From the IMG/VR virus record IMGVR_UViG_3300036806_000389, positions 1 through 56,537 of that record: a stretch of DNA of 56,537 nt. The stretch is one strand, 5' to 3'. This DNA is from a virus. Lineage: Duplodnaviria > Caudoviricetes. This document shows positions 37,141 to 46,990 of the stretch, piece after piece. How positions within the stretch are numbered: the first letter of the stretch is position 1; each line of letters begins with the position of its first letter. Under the pieces are notes generated by a model. That model did no database searches, was not told the DNA's origin, and saw only the letters and a list, made by a program, of their open reading frames with translations. The position numbers and the translations under genes were made by a program.

Positions 37141-38562
37141 CTATCGCCCCTGAAACATCCCCGTCTGTCGTCGCGCGTACGGGTCCGCGTTGCCGAACGC
37201 CATGCTCGGCGCGTGGAACGACAGCGCGACGCTCCCGGCGGGCCCGTTCTTGTGCTTGCCGACGATGACCTCGCACTCCTCGATCTCCGTCGCGTCGTTC
37301 GAATCGCCGCGCTCTGCGCGCTCGTAGTACTTCGGCCGGAACGGGAAGAGGATCCCGTAGGCGTCCTGCTCGATCGCGCCGCTCTCGCGCAAGTCGCGCA
37401 TGATCGGCCGCTTGTCGGGGCGATCGTCCGGCCCCCGGTTGAGCTGCGCGTCGAGGATCAGCGGGCAATCGAATTCGCCGGCCATCCACTGGATCTCCCG
37501 CGACAGCCGCGCGACTTCGCTCTCTCGGTTCTCGCCTTTGCGCGACTGCGCGTCGAGGTGCTGCAGTTGGTCGATCGAGATCAGACCGAGCTGCAGCGAT
37601 CCGCACTGCATGCGCAGCTTCCCGACCGCCCGGCGAATCGCGCTCCGGATCTCACCGATCGTCGGCGCGACCAAGAAGTCGATCGAAAGCGGCAGCTTTC
37701 GCAGCCACTCGGCCTTCGTATACACGCGCTCCCACTGCTTTTCGGTCAAAGCCTGCGCAGCCTCGAGCGCCTTGTACGACACGCGAGCCGTCTGCGCGAT
37801 CTTCCGGAGCGCGAGTTCGCTTCGTTTCTGCTCGGTCGAGATCTCGACGACGAACATCTGCTCTTGCTGGCCGTCGCCGGCGGCGATGTTCGTTCCGATC
37901 TGCCCGGTGAGCGACGTCTTGCCCATGCCCGGGCGCCCCGCGACGATGTACGTCTTCCCGCGTTTGAGGCCGTTCAAGCGACTATCGAGCTCCGTGAATC
38001 CGGTTCGGATTCCGGGCGCCTCCGACTCGTTCCGCCGGCGCGCGTCGAGTTCGGAGAGCGCGTCCGGAACCACGACGGCCATCGTCCCGTTGTCGTCGAC
38101 GCCGACTCGATCCGACGCTGCGGCGTAGACGCCCTCCTCGACGCGCTGTGACCATTCCCACGGGTCGCCGACGTCGCCGTACCCTTCCGCTGCGTGACGC
38201 TGCAGCTCGGCCACCAGTCGCCGCTGGTGCGCCTTGCCGGCGACGGTGCGCGCGTGGTCGGCGAGGTTCGCGGTCGCAGGCGTGGAGTCGATGAGCTGCG
38301 CGAGGTACGGCGTCCCGCCGATCTGGCCGAGCCGGTCGCTGTCTCGAAGCACCGTGGCGACCGCCGTGACGTCGATGCCCTTCCGTTCGCTCTCGAGCCG
38401 CTCGATCGCTTCGAAGATCCGCCGATTGGCGTCGGAGTAAAACGCGCGGGAGTTCAGGATCGGCTGAATGTCGTAGAACCGCTCGGGCCGCTCGAAGATC
38501 GCCGAGAGCACGACGGCTTCGGCGTCGAGGTCGTGGGCTGGAATGCGCACGTTTTCGGTCAT
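37141..38562 (-). CDS. dnaB: Replicative DNA helicase, DnaB-like
   Basis: AGRPGMGKT, QLNRG, DLRESGAIEQDA, GKHKNGP. Confidence 0.95.
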   Translation of the reverse strand: MTENVRIPAHDLDAEAVVLSAIFERPERFYDIQPILNSRAFYSDANRRIFEAIERLESERKGIDVTAVATVLRDSDRLGQIGGTPYLAQLIDSTPATANLADHARTVAGKAHQRRLVAELQRHAAEGYGDVGDPWEWSQRVEEGVYAAASDRVGVDDNGTMAVVVPDALSELDARRRNESEAPGIRTGFTELDSRLNGLKRGKTYIVAGRPGMGKTSLTGQIGTNIAAGDGQQEQMFVVEISTEQKRSELALRKIAQTARVSYKALEAAQALTEKQWERVYTKAEWLRKLPLSIDFLVAPTIGEIRSAIRRAVGKLRMQCGSLQLGLISIDQLQHLDAQSRKGENRESEVARLSREIQWMAGEFDCPLILDAQLNRGPDDRPDKRPIMRDLRESGAIEQDAYGILFPFRPKYYERAERGDSNDATEIEECEVIVGKHKNGPAGSVALSFHAPSMAFGNADPYARRQTGMFQGR

Positions 38563-39563
38563 CCGATCCCTTCGACGATCTTCGTCGGGTCGACGGCGCC
38601 GGAGATCTTGATTCCGCGCCGGCGGAGCTCTTCGGAGGCTTGCTGCGACTCGAACTCGACCTGCTCGTCGAAGGCTCGCTGGAGTTCGATCTCGCGCTTC
38701 GACCGGGCATCGGCGTCGCTCGGCGCCGGCTTCGACGGACGCCGCTTCGGGTCGTTCCAATCGCGCCGGACCCACTTCGCGACGGCCTGGTTCCACGCGA
38801 CGTTGGTTCGAACGTCCGAGCGATCGGCGGCATAGTGCGTGCGCGCCACCGCAACGATCGCGTCGATCGCCCACAAGGGAATCAGGCTGAGATTGAGCGA
38901 GGCTCTGGTCTCGTGGTCGATCGTCCACCCGGCGTGCATCGGGATCCGTCCGTATTCGTCCGGTTCCGGGGATTGGGTCGATCGCGTCTCCGCCGACGCG
39001 TCTCCGTCTTCGGCTAGGCTAGGCTCAGCTAAGCTAGGCAGAGCTAAGCTAGGAGTGACGTTTTGTGACGTCCGTGATTCCTCGTGACGATTCGTCACGG
39101 TTCGTGACTGATCAGTAACGGTGCGTGATGCAACGTCACGATTTGTGCTCTCTGGAGACTGCTCGTCACGGACAGTCGGCTGCGCCACGGAACTGTCGTC
39201 AGCGTCACGTGGCGTGACGACTCCGTCGCGCCTCCGAGCCCGAAACTCCGCCGCGCGCACCTTGTCGGACCGTCGTGCTGTCTGCCCTTCGAGCCACCGG
39301 GGCCATACCAGCTTCGAGTCCCGGATGATTAGAGTCTTCGTCCGAAGCAGACGATCAAGGCCCACCTCGACCACTCCGCGCGGTAGTCCGGTGACGAGCT
39401 CGATCGCGTCCACCGGAGAGTCGGCGCCAGGGTCGAAGATTCCGGCCCGATCCAGCTCGTAGTGCAGCTCGTGCATCACCGCTCGACCCTCCCACCCGAG
39501 GCGCCGATTGGTCGTGGTTCGCCGCGTGTAAAGTCGCGTGTACGGTTCGTCCTCGAAATCCAT
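38559..39563 (-). CDS. Phage replication initiator (O-like), containing origin repeats
   Basis: Directly upstream of the helicase; internal iteron-like repeats; basic linker. Confidence 0.75.
   Translation of the reverse strand: MDFEDEPYTRLYTRRTTTNRRLGWEGRAVMHELHYELDRAGIFDPGADSPVDAIELVTGLPRGVVEVGLDRLLRTKTLIIRDSKLVWPRWLEGQTARRSDKVRAAEFRARRRDGVVTPRDADDSSVAQPTVRDEQSPESTNRDVASRTVTDQSRTVTNRHEESRTSQNVTPSLALPSLAEPSLAEDGDASAETRSTQSPEPDEYGRIPMHAGWTIDHETRASLNLSLIPLWAIDAIVAVARTHYAADRSDVRTNVAWNQAVAKWVRRDWNDPKRRPSKPAPSDADARSKREIELQRAFDEQVEFESQQASEELRRRGIKISGAVDPTKIVEGIG
39012..39220. repeat. Putative replication origin: CTAGG/CTAAG pentamers plus phased GTGACG/GTCACG iterons
   Basis: Hexamers at ~10-bp spacing from 39055 to 39150, with further copies to ~39220. 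Confidence 0.7.
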
Positions 39564-39770
39564 TCAGCCTTTCGACTCCTCGCGCTTCAGCGCTTCGATC
39601 CCTCTCCGGAGCACCGAGACCTCGACGGCGCGCCGGACGTCCTCTTCGGGCTCTTGGTTGCGCCGCGCGAAGGACTCGACGAGTTGGTCGATCTCGACGG
39701 AAAGAGCGTCAGGGACGGCGATGCACCGCCTCTCGAGGCGGTCTGAGACACGTCGCGCGGGGCGGTTCAC
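39564..39770 (-). CDS. Small protein, ribbon-helix-helix-like
   Basis: GTGA coupling; CIAVPDALSVEIDQL. Confidence 0.45.
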   Translation of the reverse strand: MNRPARRVSDRLERRCIAVPDALSVEIDQLVESFARRNQEPEEDVRRAVEVSVLRRGIEALKREESKG

Positions 39771-40339
39771 GCTGCTCTCCGGCGCGGGCGCTTCTCTTCC
39801 ACCGGCGGCTCGACCAGGAACGCGAACCCCCCGCGCTCGGCTGCGAGGTAGTTCGCTACCACGAACGCGTCGGCCTCGTCGTTGCTCCACTCGAGTGGCA
39901 TTCGCATTCGCGTGAGAGCCGCCACAACGGCTACCTTCACGTCCCGTCGCGGTAGCTTGCCCAGGATGAGCTTCCGCGCGCTGGACGGCGCAACGACGTC
40001 GGGCACCAGCCCGAGGGCTTGCACGAGCTGGTGCTTTACGACGCCGCCGAGTTCGCCGAGCGCGTGCGCCTGCGCATTGGCCATCGTCCCGCCCCCGGGT
40101 CGCAGCGAGTACTGCTCGATGATCGCGGCTGTGCACGAATGCGTGCGAGCGAAGGCGATGACGTCCGATGCGACGCGGTGGAGGCGCCCTACGCGCAACG
40201 CCTCCTTTGCATCGCGCGGCAGGCTCTCTCCCGCGGTGTAGCGCTGCACCTTGGACCAGTCGCCACCCCAATCGAACGGGAGGGCGACCATGCCGGCGCC
40301 GCGAAGCGACAGATCCAGGCCGAGCGCCACTTCGGTCAT
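39767..40339 (-). CDS. RuvC-like Holliday junction resolvase
   Basis: LGLDLSLRGAG, IIEQY, LGELGGVV, NDEADA. Confidence 0.88.
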   Translation of the reverse strand: MTEVALGLDLSLRGAGMVALPFDWGGDWSKVQRYTAGESLPRDAKEALRVGRLHRVASDVIAFARTHSCTAAIIEQYSLRPGGGTMANAQAHALGELGGVVKHQLVQALGLVPDVVAPSSARKLILGKLPRRDVKVAVVAALTRMRMPLEWSNDEADAFVVANYLAAERGGFAFLVEPPVEEKRPRRRAA

Positions 40340-40341
40340 CG

Positions 40342-40980
40342 TCAGGCCGCCTCGTCGTTCTCGTTAGACTCCACGACTTCGACCGGGAGCGGTTTGATCA
40401 GGCCCAATCCGCTCGTGTCCTTGTCGTGACCGACGGTGAAGATCATCGGGCCGGCGGCCGCAGCAGGCGAATAGAAGTGCGCCACCTCGACGTCGACGGC
40501 CTGCGCCGCGAGCATGACGAGCTTCAGGTATGGCGTGCTGATCGCGGAGCAGTGAGCGATCTTCCGGCGTTCAGCAGGGATCGACAGCTCGTCGGTCTCC
40601 CACGGAAACGATACCTGACGGATCGAAGCATCGTCATCGGATTGCCACATGCCAAGCTTCTTGTCGTTCTCGAGCACCGTGCCCTCATGCAGCGAGGCGC
40701 CAGCGAACTCGAGGCGAAGTACCTGCTTCGTCCCTAGAGGCTTCTGTGCGTCGACCAGAAACTTGCGACCTACCATCCACTCTTGATCCGACCGACCCAG
40801 GTTGATGCCGGTAAGCTCGAAGCTGGCGAATCCGTTCATCGCTCGGGCCCGCACAGAGTCTCCTTTCACGTGGAAGTGCACCCCCCACTTGTTCTTGTCG
40901 GCCTCCTCCTGGGAGGCGAAAGCGAGAAGCGCCGTTAGCTCGACGCGGGAGAGAGAGATTCCGTCTGCTGTGCTTTTCAT
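40342..40980 (-). CDS. Possible sliding-clamp (beta)-like protein
   Basis: AS..WGVHF..AMNGF and AISTPYL resemble beta-clamp motifs. Confidence 0.45.
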   Translation of the reverse strand: MKSTADGISLSRVELTALLAFASQEEADKNKWGVHFHVKGDSVRARAMNGFASFELTGINLGRSDQEWMVGRKFLVDAQKPLGTKQVLRLEFAGASLHEGTVLENDKKLGMWQSDDDASIRQVSFPWETDELSIPAERRKIAHCSAISTPYLKLVMLAAQAVDVEVAHFYSPAAAAGPMIFTVGHDKDTSGLGLIKPLPVEVVESNENDEAA

Positions 40981-40994
40981 GGTGTTTTTCCTTC

Positions 40995-42104
40995 TTATGT
41001 TGCGTTTGCCGCGTTGTTCATCGGCGTGTCGAAGAGACTTCGTTGTTCGTCGATTGGGAGGCAGTGGGGCGAAAACCAGATGCGCTCGAGCTCCCTGTTG
41101 TCGTTGTCCTCGCCGGCGTATCCCCTCGCACCACGCCATTCGTGCTTGCTCCACGAACCGGGCATGTCGTGCTCACCCTCATAGCCGCAGAGAGCGATTC
41201 GCAGATCCGGGTCCTCGCCGTGCTCGGTGCACCACTCGCGCACGAGCCTGGAAATCTCAGGATCGTCTTCGGAGTACATGCCTGGCTTTCGGAGCTCGGG
41301 CGCGTACGGGGGATCGAAAAAGACTGCTGTTGGTCGTCTGCCCCCTACGTTTTTTCCCTTGCCGAGGACCGACTCACCGAGCACACGTCGCCAATCGCCG
41401 CAGATGATGCGCGTGTGGCGTAGCCGGTCACTGAGCGCAGTGAACCACTCGAGGCAAGGCGGCGCGGCGAGTCCGTTGATTCCGCGGTCGTTGCCAATCG
41501 CGGGCAAGTTCGCACGGAAGACACCGCCAGTTCCCGAGGCGCCATCCGAGACGGATATCTTAGGGATTTGCGCAGCCGCCGAGTGCACACCCATTCCTCG
41601 GTGATCTCCGCTGGCGTGAGGTCTCGCCTCCCACGCGCCGCGCGCGTGAATCCCTTGTCCGCTATTCAGATTCGGTCTCGGACGTCCTCGCTTGATGCCG
41701 CCGCACCAGCCCGTGCCGATCCATTGGCATATGCCCCACACCCACCATCCGGCTACCTTTGCGTCGAAGAACTCAGGGTCCGCACGGAGCTCCTCTTTCA
41801 TGCTGTCCAAGCGAGCCATGAGCCAAGCGTGCCTCGCGTGCAGGTCGAGCTCTGAAACGGGCCAGTTGCACCAGTGAGCGGCCGCCTCGGGGTCCTTGGC
41901 GATGCATCGCCAAAAGTTGACGACGCCCCCGTCGATGTCGTTGATCGTTTCGATCTTCCCCGGATGCGGACGTCCGAGGAGCACGGCTCCGCTGCCGAAG
42001 AACGGCTCTATGTAGTTCGGTGGGTCGCCGAGAGCTCTCCAAGCGACATGGGCGACGCGACGTTTGCCGCCCATCCAAGGGAACGGGGCGCGTAACTCTT
42101 TCAC
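40995..42104 (-). CDS. DNA adenine methyltransferase (Dam/D12 class)
   Basis: PWMGGK, YIEPFFGSGAV, INDID, FFDPPY. Confidence 0.92.
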   Translation of the reverse strand: MKELRAPFPWMGGKRRVAHVAWRALGDPPNYIEPFFGSGAVLLGRPHPGKIETINDIDGGVVNFWRCIAKDPEAAAHWCNWPVSELDLHARHAWLMARLDSMKEELRADPEFFDAKVAGWWVWGICQWIGTGWCGGIKRGRPRPNLNSGQGIHARGAWEARPHASGDHRGMGVHSAAAQIPKISVSDGASGTGGVFRANLPAIGNDRGINGLAAPPCLEWFTALSDRLRHTRIICGDWRRVLGESVLGKGKNVGGRRPTAVFFDPPYAPELRKPGMYSEDDPEISRLVREWCTEHGEDPDLRIALCGYEGEHDMPGSWSKHEWRGARGYAGEDNDNRELERIWFSPHCLPIDEQRSLFDTPMNNAANAT

Positions 42105-43849
42105 GCCGCCCTCTTCCGCAGCAGTTCTTCCGCAAGCCTCTTGATGCGCTCGCGCGTGGTGTCTTCGACCGCCTCCGCGGTCTCACCGAACGGATTCCGG
42201 ATACCGTCGAGCTGCTCCCGCTTGATGCCGAGCACGTCCATCACGACCGGGTCCGAGCCCGAATCGCTCACGAGGTAGAGCGCGAGCACCGGTTCGGGCT
42301 GCCCATCACGATGAATGCGCCCGGTTAGCTGCTCGTGTACGGCGTAGGCCCAGTCGAGCTCCCCGAAGACGACGGTCTTGCAGCCGCTGTATTGCAGCCC
42401 GTCGAGGCCGGCACCGCTGCGGAGCGACATGATCATGACGCGCGAGTCGCCCTCGCAGAACGCTTTCTTCGCGCCGTCCTTCTGACGGTCGGACTCGGTG
42501 CCGGTGAAGAGTACCGGGTTGAACTCCTTGAGCTGATCCAGCCACACGTCGAAGACAGCTCGGTGCCATCCTGCGAGCAGGATCTTCGGCTCCGACTCGA
42601 GCATCATCTTCACGTACGTCGCGACGTGCGGAGCCTTGGCGATCCCCGTTGCCTGACGGATCTTCCAGTCGAACTCGCCGGCGGCGCGGAACTGCTCGCC
42701 CTTCGCAAGATCACGGCCCGCTTGGTTCAGGATGATGCGCGCGAGCTCGGTAGCCGAAGACGTGAGGGCGTCGAGCTGGTCTGGATCCGCGTCCACGAAC
42801 TCCGTGGCCTTCGTGAGGCGGGGGATCTCCCGAGCAACTTCCTTCCGCGTCTTCCGCACCATGAAGCCCTGAGCGCGCAGAAAGGATCCGAATGCCTCCG
42901 GATCCTCGAGACGCGCCTTGTCCCCGCCGCCGGCGCACCATTCGCGGCGGAACTCCTCCGCGGTGCCGAACTCCCAGGGCTTCAACGCTTGGAGCACCCA
43001 GTAGATCTCGCCGCCGTAGTTGAAGATCGGCGTGCCGCTCAGGCCGAGGCGGAAGAGCGCGGCGTTCGAGATCTGCTGCGCCGCGGTGCACTTCGCCGAG
43101 CCCTTCAGGTTTTCACCGTTGCCTCGGAGCGGCCCGGATCGGAGCTCGTGTACCTCGTCGTAGATCACGCTCTTCACGACGCCCGCGAGCGTTTCGGCCC
43201 ATCCGACGAGCTTCGCGTAGCTAGTGATCAGAACGTCCGGGTGCGCGGACTCCACCGGCAGCTTCAGACCCTTTCGCTGCCGCTTCGTGACGTAGTCGTA
43301 TGGCGTGCCGCGCTTGAGCACGTGGGTCGTGAGCTGCGGCGCGAACTCGGCGAACTTCTCCGCCCACTGTCTCTGCAGGTGCGTCGGGCAAACGACGAGC
43401 GCGGGCCTCGTGCGCGGATCGGTGAGCATCGCGATCCCGGTCACCGTCTTGCCAACACCCAGCTCCGATCCGTCGAGGAGCCCACGACCCGCCAGCGCGA
43501 GCTCCGCACTCTCCCGCTGGTAATCGCGAGCCGGCCTGGCCAGATCGAACGACAGTGCCGGCGCGCACCCAGCGAGCACGTCGGCGACCAGGTTCTCGCG
43601 CGCGAGCTGCTCTTGCGACCTGGTGCGCAGCCGCTCCAAACGACCGGGGTCGATCTCGAGCGGATAGCGTTCGAGAAACCACAGGATGTCTCGGCAGTTC
43701 GACACCGTGTCGGGGATCGAAAGCGTGCCAGTCTCGCTGTCCTTCAACAGGCCGGTGAAGACGCGCTTCGCCCGCATGGCGACGTGAGGCTCGAGCGTCA
43801 GGAACCACCGACGCTTCTCGAGCACGCAGCGTCCGAACGTCTTCGTCAC
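42101..43849 (-). CDS. SNF2-family helicase/ATPase
   Basis: [31 protein letters not shown]. Confidence 0.92.
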   Translation of the reverse strand: MTKTFGRCVLEKRRWFLTLEPHVAMRAKRVFTGLLKDSETGTLSIPDTVSNCRDILWFLERYPLEIDPGRLERLRTRSQEQLARENLVADVLAGCAPALSFDLARPARDYQRESAELALAGRGLLDGSELGVGKTVTGIAMLTDPRTRPALVVCPTHLQRQWAEKFAEFAPQLTTHVLKRGTPYDYVTKRQRKGLKLPVESAHPDVLITSYAKLVGWAETLAGVVKSVIYDEVHELRSGPLRGNGENLKGSAKCTAAQQISNAALFRLGLSGTPIFNYGGEIYWVLQALKPWEFGTAEEFRREWCAGGGDKARLEDPEAFGSFLRAQGFMVRKTRKEVAREIPRLTKATEFVDADPDQLDALTSSATELARIILNQAGRDLAKGEQFRAAGEFDWKIRQATGIAKAPHVATYVKMMLESEPKILLAGWHRAVFDVWLDQLKEFNPVLFTGTESDRQKDGAKKAFCEGDSRVMIMSLRSGAGLDGLQYSGCKTVVFGELDWAYAVHEQLTGRIHRDGQPEPVLALYLVSDSGSDPVVMDVLGIKREQLDGIRNPFGETAEAVEDTTRERIKRLAEELLRKRAA

Positions 43850-44196
43850 AGCCGCCCTCCGACGTACGAGACGTGCACGGGCTTTCCGCGCAGCGTCTTC
43901 GGCACCTTCGTGAGCTGCACGCGGCTCGTCACGAGCAGCAGTTCAGCGACGCGTTCGTAATCGGCGTAGCGAGCGAGCTGCCGCGTTACCGCGTTCAGTG
44001 CGCCGTCGATCTTCACCTCTACTGCGATCGCGCCGACGAGAAAGTCGGGTCGGTCCTTGGCCGAAAGGCGGAACTCGCGCTCGTGCACGACGTTCGAAAC
44101 GAAGAGGAGTTTCGAGATCGCACCCTGGAGTTGCGCCTCGGTCGCCGTCGGCATGCGGCCGGACTCGAGCAGCTTAGCGAGGGCTTCGGCCATCAT
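43846..44196 (-). CDS. Small PD-(D/E)XK nuclease
   Basis: EREFRL..RPDFLV..AVEVK..QLARY. Confidence 0.75.
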   Translation of the reverse strand: MMAEALAKLLESGRMPTATEAQLQGAISKLLFVSNVVHEREFRLSAKDRPDFLVGAIAVEVKIDGALNAVTRQLARYADYERVAELLLVTSRVQLTKVPKTLRGKPVHVSYVGGRL

Positions 44197-44735
44197 TCCG
44201 CGGCCTCGACGCTCGGCAGTTCGTCGCCGATCGATGTCCATCCTTTGCGCCGCTCGCGCGCGAAGAGCTCGAGATACGGCCCGGGCGCGAGCTTCTCGAC
44301 CATCGGGAAGAAGTTCCACGGCTTCGCCGAGTGGGCCCCGATTACCCCTTCGAAGACGCTCTTGACCGAGTGACTCCGAATGATCGACTTGCCGCGACGA
44401 GCGATGAGGCAGCTCTCGTGTGAGTTCCGGACATATCGGCCCATGCCGAAGTGCCGAATGCCGCTTCTTTCGATCTTCACCCACACGATCTCCGACTTGG
44501 GTTCGAAGCCCCAAGCGCGGGCGACGGCGTAGGCCTCTTCGACCATCGAGGAGACGCGCCAGAGGAACAGGAGCGCGTCGTCGGCGATCGGCAGGCCGAG
44601 TCCGGGCAAGTACGCTTTGATTTGCTCGACGGACATCGTCGAGTAGTTCTTCGCCGCGCCGCGGCTTTTGCCCGGAAGACGATCTTTGAATCTCCACGGC
44701 GGATCTGCCGAGATGGTTCGAAACGGTTCAGCCAT
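44193..44735 (-). CDS. MT-A70 family adenine methyltransferase
   Basis: [24 protein letters not shown]. Confidence 0.93.
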   Translation of the reverse strand: MAEPFRTISADPPWRFKDRLPGKSRGAAKNYSTMSVEQIKAYLPGLGLPIADDALLFLWRVSSMVEEAYAVARAWGFEPKSEIVWVKIERSGIRHFGMGRYVRNSHESCLIARRGKSIIRSHSVKSVFEGVIGAHSAKPWNFFPMVEKLAPGPYLELFARERRKGWTSIGDELPSVEAAE

Positions 44736-45201
44736 TGCGAGAAGCCCCCACGAGCCGCTCGGACTCGCCGTCTAGCGCCATTTGGACTCGAGCCGAGAAT
44801 GCGGAATCGACCTGCGCGACGTCGCCGAGGAGCACGCCTACGTCGCCGCCGGCGCCGAACTCCCACTCGCCCTGCACGGCGTTCCGGAGCGTGAGCGGCG
44901 ACCGGAATATCGGCATCCGCCGCCGCACAGCCTCGATAAACTCTTCCTTTGATCCCTTCGAGCGGTGCCACCCTTCAACCAGGAAGAGCCCGTCGCAGCG
45001 TCGCAGGAGCTCGAGGGTCCCCTCGTACCAGAACTCGAGCGTGAGCTGCCCGTGGAAGAGGTGCGTGTTCGCGTGCGGGATGAGCGGCATGGCGCCGGCG
45101 TGCGCAACCTCGAGTCCGGCGCGCTCGGCGTTCCGAACGTTCTCGGCGACATCCCACGAGGTGGGACCGTTGAATGGACCGGCGACGTAGACGACTTTCA
45201 T
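44728..45201 (-). CDS. DUF4406/DUF1937-like protein (nucleoside deoxyribosyltransferase fold)
   Basis: VYVAGP, LIPH, LRRCD, GWHRSKGSKEE. Confidence 0.8.
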   Translation of the reverse strand: MKVVYVAGPFNGPTSWDVAENVRNAERAGLEVAHAGAMPLIPHANTHLFHGQLTLEFWYEGTLELLRRCDGLFLVEGWHRSKGSKEEFIEAVRRRMPIFRSPLTLRNAVQGEWEFGAGGDVGVLLGDVAQVDSAFSARVQMALDGESERLVGASRNG

Positions 45202-45458
45202 TCGAACCCCCAAATGCGAATCGCCCCCGGCTCACACCCGAGATCGATCGCGGCCTGTTTCTTCGCTTCGAAAGCGCTCTGTGAGATCTGATAGGTCGAG
45301 CGACCGCTCACGGGGCCCGCGACCCAGCATGTCCAACGGACTGGACCCGAGGGCGGTGCGTTCACCGCATCGCTCGGAACAGCGCGCCCGAATCCGCTAG
45401 AGAGACTCGCGAGCGGGCGAGTTCGGCGGAGGACGGCGATCTTTGCGTCGGTAATCAC
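45198..45458 (-). CDS. Hypothetical protein
   Basis: Coupled overlaps at both ends. Confidence 0.5.
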   Translation of the reverse strand: MITDAKIAVLRRTRPLASLSSGFGRAVPSDAVNAPPSGPVRWTCWVAGPVSGRSTYQISQSAFEAKKQAAIDLGCEPGAIRIWGFE

Positions 45459-46231
45459 GATCGCACCTCGGGCATCTCTGCCCACCGCCGCCCATCGAGC
45501 ATCGGCAGTGAGACCTTGCGGCCCTTCGTTTCGTCCGTCTGCTTGTAGAAAAACGAGACGCCGGCGACCGTGCAGTTGTCGCGAATCGACCGGACCCATT
45601 CCTCGCGAGTCGGTCGTGCGCGAAACCCGCTCTCTCCGCCGACGATGACCAGATCGACGGGGCGTCCGTCACCGTCACGGTGGGCGATGTCCATCGGATC
45701 GAAGTCGACGTCTTCGAGCAGAGGCTCCATCGAGACGAAACGTCGTTTCGCTGGATGGCGCATGAGAAACTCGACGCGCTTCAAGCCTGCGACCGTGCCG
45801 GCGGAGACGCCGAGCCAAGATCTTTGGATGACGTCCAGTGGGATCAGGCGCTCGATGTTCTGTGGACGCTTGGTCAGAAACAGAAAGTCGAGCTGCGACG
45901 TCGCCCGCACCAGATCCCACAGGCGTGCTCGGGTGGCGTCGAGATCGCGGCGGTCTTCGCACACGTCACCTAGCGACGCGCAGAACACTCGGTGACGTTC
46001 GCCAGCGGCGATTGCGTCCCTGTTCCAACGAAGCGGCTTCTTCCAGTTGTCCGCGGAAGTGACGTGACGATGCGCGCCTGGGCCCCAGAGCTCGACACCG
46101 TGCGCGCGTTGCACGCGAACGAACGTCTCGGACTCCGCGTAGCAGTTGTCGCACAGAGGGTCGCACTTCTCGCACCCGATCCAAGGGTTGAACGTGTGGT
46201 GCGTCCACTCGATCTTGGAGTTCTCGCCCAT
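45455..46231 (-). CDS. Phage Gp37/Gp68 (DUF5131) protein
   Basis: SKIEWT..NPWIGC, CDNCYAE, LTKRP, SMEPLL, VGGESG. Confidence 0.92.
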   Translation of the reverse strand: MGENSKIEWTHHTFNPWIGCEKCDPLCDNCYAESETFVRVQRAHGVELWGPGAHRHVTSADNWKKPLRWNRDAIAAGERHRVFCASLGDVCEDRRDLDATRARLWDLVRATSQLDFLFLTKRPQNIERLIPLDVIQRSWLGVSAGTVAGLKRVEFLMRHPAKRRFVSMEPLLEDVDFDPMDIAHRDGDGRPVDLVIVGGESGFRARPTREEWVRSIRDNCTVAGVSFFYKQTDETKGRKVSLPMLDGRRWAEMPEVRS

Positions 46232-46404
46232 CAGACAGCGCTCCTTTCGGTGGGCTTGGCGGCCACTGCATTCGCTCGCTTCGCCGCCTCGAGTCTCTCC
46301 GGGCACACGCCGCGGAGATGCCGGCGAACCGCACGCGCGCCGACGCAGCGAACGCGGGGAGCGGCGCCGCATGCCGGGCAAGGAAGCTCGGTCGCGCGCT
46401 TCAA
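46231..46404 (-). CDS. Small Zn-finger protein
   Basis: CPACGA..RC; TTGA overlap with the upstream stop. Confidence 0.5.
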   Translation of the reverse strand: MKRATELPCPACGAAPRVRCVGARAVRRHLRGVCPERLEAAKRANAVAAKPTERSAV

Positions 46405-46514
46405 TTGCTCCACCCCCCGCGGGTGCCGCGGAAGAAGATCCACACGAAGGCGATCGGGACGAAGAGGTCCACGACCATGTCGAGGAAGAGCATGGCGAAG
46501 AAGAGGTTCAGCAC
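46401..46514 (-). CDS. 37-aa hydrophobic membrane peptide
   Basis: GGAGG SD; (M)LNLFFAMLFLDMVVDLFVPIAFVWIFFRG. Confidence 0.45.
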   Translation of the reverse strand: MLNLFFAMLFLDMVVDLFVPIAFVWIFFRGTRGGWSN

Positions 46515-46990
46515 GCTTCGTCCTCCATCTGCCCGTCGAGCTTCGCGAGCAGCTCGAGCAGGCCTTTGCGCACTGCCGCTTCGCGCGCGCGGCTATCGAG
46601 ATAGGCGCGTGCGAGGTTCGGGATCAGCCGGCCGCCCTGATATCCGGTGTCGAAGCGACGCTCGAGGCGAAGTTCCGAGCGTGCATAGCGCTCTGCAGCC
46701 TCGTGGTCGGGCGAACGTTCCCCAGCGGGCTTCTGATCCTCTTGCTCGACCGGCTTCGGACCAAGCGCGCAGCCGGCGACGCTGCAACCGAACGGACCCG
46801 ACCTCGGATGACCGCACAGGGGCCTGTCAGGTTCATTGGCATTGCCAACGTTCGCGACCGCGAAGCGACACCCGAAGACTGTGCAGACGCCGAGCATTCC
46901 CAGCGGCGCTCCGCACGCACACCGGCCGCGCTTCGCCTCCAGCGGCCAGCTCGGGTGACCAGGACCCCAGACGATCGGCGTATCGCTCAC
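46508..46990 (-). CDS. Cys-rich hypothetical protein coupled to the integrase stop
   Basis: GTGA overlap; GGAGG-like SD. Confidence 0.55.
   Translation of the reverse strand: MSDTPIVWGPGHPSWPLEAKRGRCACGAPLGMLGVCTVFGCRFAVANVGNANEPDRPLCGHPRSGPFGCSVAGCALGPKPVEQEDQKPAGERSPDHEAAERYARSELRLERRFDTGYQGGRLIPNLARAYLDSRAREAAVRKGLLELLAKLDGQMEDEAC

Noticed and set aside
40995-44735. Classical type II/III restriction-modification system
   Set aside because: The nuclease is only ~116 aa and the SNF2-nuclease pairing is common in phage replication regions; kept only as a low-level finding
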